Positions 1-14,049 of a stretch of DNA of 64,000 nucleotides are shown here, one piece after another. The number at the start of each line of letters is the position of its first letter. Position 1 is the stretch's first letter. This stretch comes from Eledone cirrhosa (Eukaryota). Below the pieces are notes generated by a model. It was given only the letters and a program-made list of their open reading frames with translations, did not search any database and was not told the origin of the DNA. The stretch covers positions 806,001-870,000 of the forward strand of contig OZ024745.1 of the NCBI GenBank assembly GCA_964016885.1, in the 5' to 3' direction. The translations under genes and the position numbers were made by a program.

Positions 1-3000
1 AAACTAGATATACATGGTATTATGACATACAGGGATACAGTGTACCTATTTTAAACTAGATATACATGGTCTTACAACATACAGAGATACAGTGTACCTA
101 TTCTAAACTAGATATATATGGTCTTACAACATACAGGGATACAGTGTACCTATTTTAAACTAGATATACATGGTCTCATGACATACAGGGATACAGTGTA
201 CCTATTCTAAACTAGATACACATGGTATTACAACACACAGGGATACAGTGTACCTACTCTAAACTAGATATATATGGTATTACAACATACAGGGATACAG
301 TGTACCTATTCTAAACTAGATATATATGCTATTACAACATACAGGGATAGTGTACCTATTCTAAACTAGATATATATGGTATTAACACATACAGAGATAC
401 AGTGTACCTATTTTAAACTAGATATACATGGTCTTACAACATACAGAGATACAGTGTACCTATTCTAAACTAGATATATATGGTCTTACAACATACAGGG
501 ATACAGTGTACCTATTTTAAACTAGATATACATGGTCTTATGACATACAGGGATACAGTGTACCTATTCTAAACTAGATATACATGGTCTTACAACATAC
601 AGAGATACAGTGTACCTATTCTAAACTAGATATACATGGTATTAACACATACAGAGATACAGTGTACCCATTCTAAACTAGATATATATGGTCTTACAAC
701 ATACAGTGATACAGTGTACCTATTCTAAACTAGATATATATGGTCTTATGACATACACGGATACAGTGTACCTATTCTAAACTAGATATATATGGTATTA
801 CAACATACAGAGATACAGTGTACCTATTCTAAACTAGATATATATGGTATTACAACATACAGGGATACAGTGTACCTATTCTAAACTAGATATACACGGT
901 CTTACAACATACAGGGATACAGTGTACCTATTCTAAACTAGATATACATGGTATTACAACATACAGGGATACAGTGTACCTATTCTAAACTAGATATACA
1001 TGGTATTACAACATACAGGGATACAGTGTACCTATTCTAAACTAGATATACACGGTCTTACAACATACAGGGATACAGTGTACCTATTTTAAACTAGATA
1101 TACATCGTCTTACAACATACAGAGATACAGTGTACCTATTCTAAACTAGATATATATGGTATTACAACACACAGGGATACAGTGTACCTATTCTAAACTA
1201 GATATACATGGTCTTACAACATACAGGGATACAGTGTACCTATTCTAAACTAGATATATATGGTCTTACAACATACAGGGATACAGTGTACCTATTCTAA
1301 ACTAGATATATATGGTCTTATGACATACAGGGATACAGTGTACCTATTCTAAACTAGATATATATGGTATTACAACATACAGAGATACAGTGTACCTATT
1401 CTAAACTAGATATATATGGTATTACAACATACAGGGTTACAGTGTACCTATTCTAAACTAGATATACACGGTCTTACAACATACAGGGATACAGTGTACC
1501 TATTCTAAACTAGATATACATGGTATTATGACATACAGGGATACAGTGTACCTATTCTAAACTAGATATATATGGTATTACAACATACAGAGATACAGTG
1601 TACCTATTCTAAACTAGATATATATGGTATTACAACATACAGGGATACAGTGTACCTATTCTAAACTAGATATACACGGTCTTACAACATACTGGGATAC
1701 AGTGTACCTATTCTAAACTAGATATACATGGTATTATGACATACAGGGATACAGTGTACCTATTTTAAACTAGATATACATGGTCTTACAACATACAGAG
1801 ATACAGTGTACCTATTCTAAACTAGATATATATGGTCTTACAACATACAGGGATACAGTGTACCTATTTTAAACTAGATATACATGGTCTTATGACATAC
1901 AGGGATACAGTGTACCTATTCTAAACTAGATATACATGGTATTACAACATACAGGGATACAGTGTACCTATTCTAAACTAGATATACACGGTCTTACAAC
2001 ATACAGGGATACAGTGTACCTATTCTAAACTAGATATACATGGTATTATGACATACAGGGATACAGTGTACCTATTTTAAACTAGATATACATGGTATTA
2101 TGACATACAGGGATACAGTGTACCTATTTTAAACTAGATATACATGGTCTTACAACATACAGAGATACAGTGTACCTATTCTAAACTAGATATATATGGT
2201 CTTACAACATACAGGGATACAGTGTACCTATTTTAAACTAGATATACATGGTCTCATGACATACAGGGATACAGTGTACCTATTCTAAACTAGATACACA
2301 TGGTATTACAACACACAGGGATACAGTGTACCTACTCTAAACTAGATATATATGGTATTACAACATACAGGGATACAGTGTACCTATTCTAAACTAGATA
2401 TATATGCTATTACAACATACAGGGATAGTGTACCTATTCTAAACTAGATATATATGGTATTAACACATACAGAGATACAGTGTACCTATTTTAAACTAGA
2501 TATACATGGTCTTACAACATACAGAGATACAGTGTACCTATTTTAAACTAGATATACATGGTCTTACAACATACAGAGATACAGTGTACCTATTCTAAAC
2601 TAGATATATATGGTCTTACAACATACAGGGATACAGTGTACCTATTTTAAACTAGATATACATGGTCTTATGACATACAGGGATACAGTGTACCTATTCT
2701 AAACTAGATATACATGGTCTTACAACATACAGAGATACAGTGTACCTATTCTAAACTAGATATACATGGTATTAACACATACAGAGATACAGTGTACCCA
2801 TTCTAAACTAGATATATATGGTCTTACAACATACAGTGATACAGTGTACCTATTCTAAACTAGATATATATGGTCTTATGACATACACGGATACAGTGTA
2901 CCTATTCTAAACTAGATATATATGGTATTACAACATACAGGGATACAGTGTACCTATTCTAAACTAGATATACACGGTCTTACAACATACAGGGATACAG

Positions 3001-3600
3001 TGTACCTATTCTAAACTAGATATACATGGTATTACAACATACAGGGATACTGTGTACCTATTCTAAACTAGATATACATGGTATTACAACATACAGGGAT
3101 ACAGTGTACCTATTCTAAACTAGATATACACGGTCTTACAACATACAGGGATACAGTGTACCTATTTTAAACTAGATATACATCGTCTTACAACATACAG
3201 AGATACAGTGTACCTATTCTAAACTAGATATATATGGTATTACAACACACAGGGATACAGTGTACCTATTCTAAACTAGATATACATGGTCTTACAACAT
3301 ACAGGGATACAGTGTACCTATTCTAAACTAGATATATATGGTCTTACAACATACAGGGATACAGTGTACCTATTCTAAACTAGATATATATGGTCTTATG
3401 ACATACAGGGATACAGTGTACCTATTCTAAACTAGATATATATGGTATTACAACATACAGAGATACAGTGTACCTATTCTAAACTAGATATATATGGTAT
3501 TACAACATACAGGGATACAGTGTACCTATTCTAAACTAGATATACACGGTCTTACAACATACAGGGATACAGTGTACCTATTCTAAACTAGATATACATG
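1..3600. repeat. About 2.08-kb (40-monomer) higher-order duplication
   Basis: Private markers repeat at +2078 (40x52-2): GTCTCATG 173/2251, CCTACTCT 253/2331, CATCGTC 1103/3181. AGTGTACCCA 661/2791 and ACATACACGG 751/2881 repeat at +2130, i.e. one extra monomer locally. Confidence 0.9.
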
Positions 3601-6600
3601 GTATTATGACATACAGGGATACAGTGTACCTATTTTCAACTAGATATACATGGTCTTACAACATACAGAGATACAGTGTACCTATTCTAAACTAGATATA
3701 TATGGTCTTACAACATACAGGGATACAGTGTACCTATTTTAAACTAGATATACATGGTCTTATGACATACAGGGATACAGTGTACCTATTCTAAACTAGA
3801 TACACATGGTATTACAACACACAGGGATACAGTGTACCTATTCTAAACTAGATATATATGGTATTACAACATACAGGGATACAGTGTACCTATTCTAAAC
3901 TAGATATATATGCTATTACAACATACAGGGATACAGTGTACCTATTCTAAACTAGATTTACATGGTCTTACATCATACAGGGATACAGTGTACCTATTCT
4001 AAACTAGATATACATGGTCTTACATCATACAGGGATACAGTGTACCTATTCTAAACTAGATATACATTGTATTACAACATACAGGGATACAGTGTACCTA
4101 TTCTAAACTAGATATACATGGTATTACAACATACAGAGATACAGTGTACCTATTCTAAACTTGATATACATGGTATTACAACATACAGAGATACAGTGTA
4201 CCTATTCTAAACTAGATATATATGGTCTTACAACATACAGGGATACAGTGTACCTATTCTAAACTAGATATACATGGTATTACAACATACAGGGATACAG
4301 TGTACCTATTCTAAACTAGATATATATGGTCTTACATCATACAGGGATACAGTGTACCTATTGTAAACTAGATATATATGGTATTACAACATACAGGGAT
4401 ACAGTGTACCTATTCTAAACTAGATATACATGGTCTTACAACATACAGGGATACAGTGTACCTATTCTAAACTAGATATATATGGTCTTACAACATACAG
4501 GGATACAGTGTACCTATTCTAAACTAGATATATATGGTCTTATGACATACAGGGATACAGTGTACCTATTCTAAACTAGATATATATGGTATTACAACAT
4601 ACAGAGATACAGTGTACCTATTCTAAACTAGATATATATGGTATTACAACATACAGGGATACAGTGTACCTATTCTAAACTAGATATACACGGTCTTACA
4701 ACATACTGGGATACAGTGTACCTATTCTAAACTAGATATACATGGTATTATGACATACAGGGATACAGTGTACCTATTTTAAACTAGATATACATGGTCT
4801 TACAACATACAGAGATACAGTGTACCTATTCTAAGCTAGATATACATGGTATTACAACATACAGGGATAGTGTACCTATTCTAAACTAGATATACATGGT
4901 ATGACAGCATACAGGGATACAGTGTACCTATTTTAAACTAGATATACATGGTCTTATGACATACAGGGATACAGTGTACCTATTCTAAACTAGATACACA
5001 TGGTATTACAACACACAGGGATACAGGGTACCTATTCTAAACTAGATATATATGGTATTACAACATACAGGGATACAGTGTACCTATTCTAAACTAGATA
5101 TATATGCTATTACAACATACAGGGATAGTGTACCTATTCTAAACTAGATATGTACGGTATTACAACATACAGGGATACAGTGTACCTATTCTAAACTAGA
5201 TATACATGGTATTACAACATACAGGGATACAGTGTACCTATTCTAAACTAGATATAAATGGTATTACAACATACAGAGATACAGTGTACCTATAATAAAC
5301 TTGATATACATGGTATTACAACATACAGGGATACAGTGTACCTATAATAAACTTGATATACATGGTATTACAACATACAGGGATACAGTGTACCTATTCT
5401 AAACTTGATATACAAGGAATTACAACACACAGGGATACAGTGTACCTATTCTAAACTAGATATATATGGTATTACAACACACAGGGATACAGTGTACCTA
5501 TTCTAAACTAGATATATATGGTCTTACAACATACAGGGATACAGTGTACCTATTTTAAACTAGATATACATGGTAGTACGACATACGGGGTTACAGTGTA
5601 CCTATTCTAAACTAGATATACATGGTATTACAACATACAGGGATACAGTGTACCTATTTTAAACTAGATATATATGGTATTACAACATACAGGGATAGTG
5701 TACCTATTCTAAACTAGATATAAATGGTATTACAACATACAGGGATACAGTGTACCTATTATAAACTTGATATACATGGTATTACAACATACAGGGATAC
5801 AGTGTACCTATTGTAAACTAGATATACATGGTCTTACAACATACAGAGATACAGTGTACCTATTCTAAACTTGATATACATGGTATTACAACACACAGGG
5901 ATACAATGTACCTATTCTAAACTAGATATACATGGTATTATGACATACAGGGATACAGTGTACCTATTCTAAACTAGATATATATAGTATTACAACATAC
6001 AGGGATACAGTGTACCTATTCTAAACTAGATATATATGGTATTACAACATACAAGGATACAGTGTACCTATTCTAAACTAGATATACATGGTATTACAAC
6101 ATACAGGGATACAGTGTACCTACTTTAAACTAGATACACATGGTATTACAACATATAGGGATACAGTGTACCTATTCTAAACTAGATATACATGGTCTTA
6201 CAACATACAAGGATACAGTGTACCTATTCTAAACTAGATATATATGGTATTACAACATACAAGGATACAGTGTACCTATTCTAAACTAGATATACATGGT
6301 ATTACAACATACAGGGATACAGTGTACCTATTCTAAACTAGATATACATGGTATTACAACATACAGGGATACAGTGTACCTATTCTAAACTAGATATACA
6401 TGGTCTTACATCATACAGGGATACAGTGTACCTATTCTAAACTAGATATACATGGTCTTACATCATACAGGGATACAGTGTACCTATTCTAAACTAGATA
6501 TACATGGTATTACAACATACAGGGATACAGTGTACCTATTCTAAACTAGATATACATGGTCTTATGACATACAGGGATACAGTGTACCTATTCTAAACTA

Positions 6601-7059
6601 GATACACATGGTATTACAACATACAGGGATACAGTGTACCTATTCTAAACTAGATATACATGGTCTTATGACATACAGGGATACAGTGTACCTATTCTAA
6701 ACTAGATACACATGGTATTACAACACACAGGGATACAGTGTACCTATTCTAAACTAGATATATATGGTATTACAACATGCAGGGATACAGTGTACCTATT
6801 CTAAACTAGATATATATGCTATTACAACATACAGGGATACAGTGTACCTATTCTAAACTAGATATATATGGTATTACAACATACAGGGATACAGTGTACC
6901 TATTCTAAACTAGATATACATGGTCTTATAACATACAGGGATACAGTGTACCTATTCTAAACTAGATATATATGGTATTACAACATACAGGGATACAGTG
7001 TACCTATTCTAAACTAGATATACATGGTATTACAACATACAGGGATACAGTGTACCTAT

Positions 7060-8150
7060 TCTAAACTAGATATATATAGTATTACAACATACAGGGATAC
7101 AGTGTACCTTTTCTAAACTAGATATACATGGTCTTACAACATACAGGGATACAGTGTACCTATTCTAAACGAGATATACATGGTATTATGACATACAGGG
7201 ATACAGTGTACCTATTGTAAACTAGATATACATGGTATTACAACATACAGGGATACAATGTACCTATTCTAAACTAGATATATATGGTATTACAACATAC
7301 AGGGATACAGTGTTCCTATTCTAAACTAGATATACATGGTCTTACAACATACAGGGATACAGTGTACCTATTCTAAACTAGATATACATGGTATTATGAC
7401 ATACAGGGATACAGTGTACCTATTCTAAACTAGATATACATGGTATTACAACGTACAGGGATACAGTGTACCTATTCTAAACTAGATATACATGGTCTTA
7501 TGACATACAGGGATACAGTGTACCTATTCTAAACTAGATATACATGGTATTACAACATACAGGGATACAGTGTACTTATTCTAAACTATATATATATGGT
7601 CTTACAACATACAGGGATACAGTGCACCTATTCTAAACTAGATATACATGGTATTATGACATACAGGGATACAGTACCTATTCTAAACTAGATATGTATG
7701 GTATTACAACATACAGGGATACAGTGTACCTTTTCTAAACTAGATATACATGGTCTTACAACATACAGGGATACAGTGTACCTATTCTAAACGAGATATA
7801 CATGGTATTATGACATACAGGGATACAGTGTACCTATTGTAAACTAGATATACATGGTATTACAACATACAGGGATACAATGTACCTATTCTAAACTAGA
7901 TATATATGGTATTACAACATACAGGGATACAGTGTTCCTATTCTAAACTAGATATACATGGTCTTACAACATACAGGGATACAGTGTACCTATTCTAAAC
8001 TAGATATACATGGTATTATGACATACAGGGATACAGTGTACCTATTCTAAACTAGATATACATGGTATTACAACGTACAGGGATACAGTGTACCTATTCT
8101 AAACTAGATATACATGGTCTTATGACATACAGGGATACAGTGTACCTATT
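7060..8150. repeat. 622-bp (12-monomer) local duplication
   Basis: The ordered cassette CCTTTTCT, AAACGAG, TTGTAAA, ACAATG, GTGTTCC, CAACGTAC starts at 7107 and again at 7729 (622 = 12x52-2). Confidence 0.85.
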
Positions 8151-11100
8151 CTAAACTAGATATATATGGTATTACAACATACAGGGATACAGTGTACCTA
8201 TTCTAAACTAGATATATATGGTATTACAACATACAGGGATACAGTGTACCTATTCTAAACTAGATATACATGGTATTACAACATACAGGGATACAGTGTA
8301 CCTATTCTAAACTAGATATACATGGTCTTATGACATACAGGGATACAGTGTACCTATTCTAAACTAGATATATATGGTATTACAACATACAGAGATACAG
8401 TGTACCTATTCTAAACTAGATATACATGGTATTACAACATACAGGGATACAGTGTACCTATTCTAAACTAGATATACATGGTATTATGACATACAGGGAT
8501 ACAGTGTACCTATTCTAAACTAGATATACATGGTATTACAACATACAGGGATACAGTGTACCTATTCTAAACTAGATATACATGGTCTTATGACATACAG
8601 GGATACAGTGTACCTATTCTAAACTAGATATATATGGTATTACAACATACAGAGATACAGTGTACCTATTCTAAACTAGATATATATGGTATTACAACAT
8701 ACAGGGATACAGTGTACCTATTCTAAACTAGATATACACGATCTTACAACATACAGGGATACAGTGTACCTATTCTAAACTAGATATACATGGTTTATGA
8801 CATACAGGGATACAGTGTACCTATTCTAAACTAGATATATATGGTATTACAACATACAGAGATACAGTGTACCTATTCTAAACTAGATATATATGGTATT
8901 ACAACATACAGGGATACAGTGTACCTATTCTAAACTAGATATACACGGTCTTACAACATACAGGGATACAGTGTACCTATTCTAAACTAGATATACATGG
9001 TATTATGACATACAGGGATACAGTGTACCTATTTTAAACTAGATATACATGGTCTTACAACATACAGAGATACAGTGTACCTATTCTAAACTAGATATAT
9101 ATGGTCTTACAACATACAGGGATACAGTGTACCTATTTTAAACTAGATATACATGGTCTTATGACATACAGGGATACAGTGTACCTATTCTAAACTAGAT
9201 ACACATGGTATTACAACACACAGGGATACAGTGTACCTATTCTAAACTAGATATATATGGTATTACAACATACAGGGATACAGTGTACCTATTCTAAACT
9301 AGATATACATGGTCTTACATCATACAGGGATACAGTGTACCTATTCTAAACTAGATATACATGGTCTTACATCATACAGGGATACAGTGTACCTATTCTA
9401 AACTAGATATACATGGTATTACAACATACAGGGATACAGTGTACCTATTCTAAACTAGATATACATGGTCTTACATCATACAGGGATACAGTGTACCTAT
9501 TCTAAACTAGATATACATGGTCTTACATCATACAGGGATACAGTGTACCTATTCTAAACTAGATATACATTGTATTACAACATACAGGGATACAGTGTAC
9601 CTATTCTAAACTAGATATACATGGTATTACAACATACAGAGATACAGTGTACCTATTCTAAACTTGATATACATGGTATTACAACATACAGAGATACAGT
9701 GTACCTATTCTAAACTAGATATATATGGTCTTACAACATACAGGGATACAGTGTACCTATTCTAAACTAGATATACATGGTATTACAACATACAGGGATA
9801 CAGTGTACCTATTCTAAACTAGATATATATGGTCTTACATCATACAGGGATACAGTGTACCTATTGTAAACTAGATATATATGGTATTACAACATACAGG
9901 GATACAGTGTACCTATTCTAAACTAGATATACATGGTCTTACAACATACAGGGATACAGTGTACCTATTCTAAACTAGATATATATGGTCTTACAACATA
10001 CAGGGATACAGTGTACCTATTCTAAACTAGATATATATGGTCTTATGACATACAGGGATACAGTGTACCTATTCTAAACTAGATATATATGGTATTACAA
10101 CATACAGAGATACAGTGTACCTATTCTAAACTAGATATATATGGTATTACAACATACAGGGATACAGTGTACCTATTCTAAACTAGATATACACGGTCTT
10201 ACAACATACTGGGATACAGTGTACCTATTCTAAACTAGATATACATGGTATTATGACATACAGGGATACAGTGTACCTATTTTAAACTAGATATACATGG
10301 TCTTATGACATACAGGGATACAGTGTACCTATTCTAAACTAGATACACATGGTATTACAACACACAGGGATACAGGGTACCTATTCTAAACTAGATATAT
10401 ATGGTATTACAACATACAGGGATACAGTGTACCTATTCTAAACTAGATATATATGCTATTACAACATACAGGGATAGTGTACCTATTCTAAACTAGATAT
10501 ATATGGTATTACAACATACAGGGATACAGTGTACCTATTCTAAACTAGATATACATGGTATTACAACATACAGGGATACAGTGTACCTATTCTAAACTAG
10601 ATATAAATGGTATTACAACATACAGAGATACAGTGTACCTATAATAAACTTGATATACATGGTATTACAACATACAGGGATACAGTGTACCTATTGTAAA
10701 CTAGATGTACATGGTCTTACAACATACAGGGATAGTGTACCTATTCTAAACTAGATATACATGGTATGACAGCATACAGGGATACAGTGTACCTATTTTA
10801 AACTAGATATACATGGTCTTATGACATACAGGGATACAGTGTACCTATTCTAAACTAGATACACATGGTATTACAACACACAGGGATACAGGGTACCTAT
10901 TCTAAACTAGATATATATGGTATTACAACATACAGGGATACAGTGTACCTATTCTAAACTAGATATATATGCTATTACAACATACAGGGATAGTGTACCT
11001 ATTCTAAACTAGATATACATGGTATTACAACATACAGGGATAGTGTACCTATTCTAAACTAGATATACATGGTATGACAGCATACAGGGATACAGTGTAC

Positions 11101-14049
11101 CTATTCTAAACTAGATATATATGCTATTACAACATACAGAGATACAGTGTACCTATTCTAAACTTGATATACAAGGTATTACAACACACAGGGATACAGT
11201 GTACCTATTCTAAACTAGATATATATGGTATTACAACACACAGGGATACAGTGTACCTATTCTAAACTAGATATATATGGTCTTACAACATACAGGGATA
11301 CAGTGTACCTATTTTAAACTAGATATACATGGTAGTACGACATACGGGGTTACAGTGTACCTATTCTAAACTAGATATACATGGTATTACAACATACAGG
11401 GATACAGTGTACCTATTTTAAACTAGATATATATGGTATTACAACATACAGGGATAGTGTACCTATTCTAAACTAGATATAAATGGTATTACAACATACA
11501 GGGATACAGTGTACCTATTATAAACTTGATATACATGGTATTACAACATACAGGGATACAGTGTACCTATTGTAAACTAGATATACATGGTCTTACAACA
11601 TACAGAGATACAGTGTACCTATTCTAAACTTGATATACATGGTATTACAACACACAGGGATACAATGTACCTATTCTAAACTAGATATACATGGTATTAT
11701 GACATACAGGGATACAGTGTACCTATTCTAAACTAGATATATATAGTATTACAACATACAGGGATACAGTGTACCTATTCTAAACTAGATATATATGGTA
11801 TTACAACATACAAGGATACAGTGTACCTATTCTAAACTAGATATACATGGTATTACAACATACAGGGATACAGTGTACCTACTTTAAACTAGATACACAT
11901 GGTATTACAACATATAGGGATACAGTGTACCTATTCTAAACTAGATATACATGGTCTTACAACATACAAGGATACAGTGTACCTATTCTAAACTAGATAT
12001 ATATGGTATTAAAACATACAAGGATACAGTGTACCTATTCTAAACTAGATATACATGGTATTACAACATACAGGGATACAGTGTACCTATTCTAAACTAG
12101 ATATACATGGTCTTACATCATACAGGGATACAGTGTACCTATTCTAAACTAGATATACATGGTCTTACAACATACAAGGATACAGTGTACCTATTCTAAA
12201 CTTGATATACATGGTATTACAACACACAGGGATACAATGTACCTATTCTAAACTAGATATACACGGTCTTACAACATACTGGGATACAGTGTACCTATTC
12301 TAAACTAGATATACATGGTATTATGACATACAGGGATACAGTGTACCTATTTTAAACTAGATATACATGGTCTTACAACATACAGAGATACAGTGTACCT
12401 ATTCTAAGCTAGATATACATGGTATTACAACATACAGGGATAGTGTACCTATTCTAAACTAGATATACATGGTATGACAGCATACAGGGATACAGTGTAC
12501 CTATTTTAAACTAGATATACATGGTCTTATGACATACAGGGATACAGTGTACCTATTCTAAACTAGATACACATGGTATTACAACACACAGGGATACAGG
12601 GTACCTATTCTAAACTAGATATATATGGTATTACAACATACAGGGATACAGTGTACCTATTCTAAACTAGATATATATGCTATTACAACATACAGGGATA
12701 GTGTACCTATTCTAAACTAGATATGTACGGTATTACAACATACAGGGATACAGTGTACCTATTCTAAACTAGATATACATGGTATTACAACATACAGGGA
12801 TACAGTGTACCTATTCTAAACTAGATATAAATGGTATTACAACATACAGAGATACAGTGTACCTATAATAAACTTGATATACATGGTATTACAACATACA
12901 GGGATACAGTGTACCTATTGTAAACTAGATATACATGGTCTTACAACATACAGAGATACAGTGTACCTATTCTAAACTTGATATACAAGGAATTACAACA
13001 CACAGGGATACAGTGTACCTATTCTAAACTAGATATATATGGTATTACAACACACAGGGATACAGTGTACCTATTCTAAACTAGATATATATGGTCTTAC
13101 AACATACAGGGATACAGTGTACCTATTTTAAACTAGATATACATGGTAGTACGACATACGGGGTTACAGTGTACCTATTCTAAACTAGATATACATGGTA
13201 TTACAACATACAGGGATACAGTGTACCTATTTTAAACTAGATATATATGGTATTACAACATACAGGGATAGTGTACCTATTCTAAACTAGATATAAATGG
13301 TATTACAACATACAGGGATACAGTGTACCTATTATAAACTTGATATACATGGTATTACAACATACAGGGATACAGTGTACCTATTGTAAACTAGATATAC
13401 ATGGTCTTACAACATACAGAGATACAGTGTACCTATTCTAAACTTGATATACATGGTATTACAACACACAGGGATACAATGTACCTATTCTAAACTAGAT
13501 ATACATGGTATTATGACATACAGGGATACAGTGTACCTATTCTAAACTAGATATATATAGTATTACAACATACAGGGATACAGTGTACCTATTCTAAACT
13601 AGATATATATGGTATTACAACATACAAGGATACAGTGTACCTATTCTAAACTAGATATACATGGTATTACAACATACAGGGATACAGTGTACCTACTTTA
13701 AACTAGATACACATGGTATTACAACATATAGGGATACAGTGTACCTATTCTAAACTAGATATACATGGTCTTACAACATACAAGGATACAGTGTACCTAT
13801 TCTAAACTAGATATATATGGTATTACAACATACAAGGATACAGTGTACCTATTCTAAACTAGATATACATGGTATTACAACATACAGGGATACAGTGTAC
13901 CTATTCTAAACTAGATATATATAGTATTACAACATACAGGGATACAGTGTACCTATTCTAAACTAGATATACATGGTATTACAACATACAGGGATACAGT
14001 GTACCTATTCTAAACTAGATATACATGGTCTTACATCATACAGGGATAC

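Noticed and set aside
5291-5296. TATAAT as a bacterial -10 promoter box
   Set aside because: No -35 element and no downstream gene; a chance product of an AT-rich variant.
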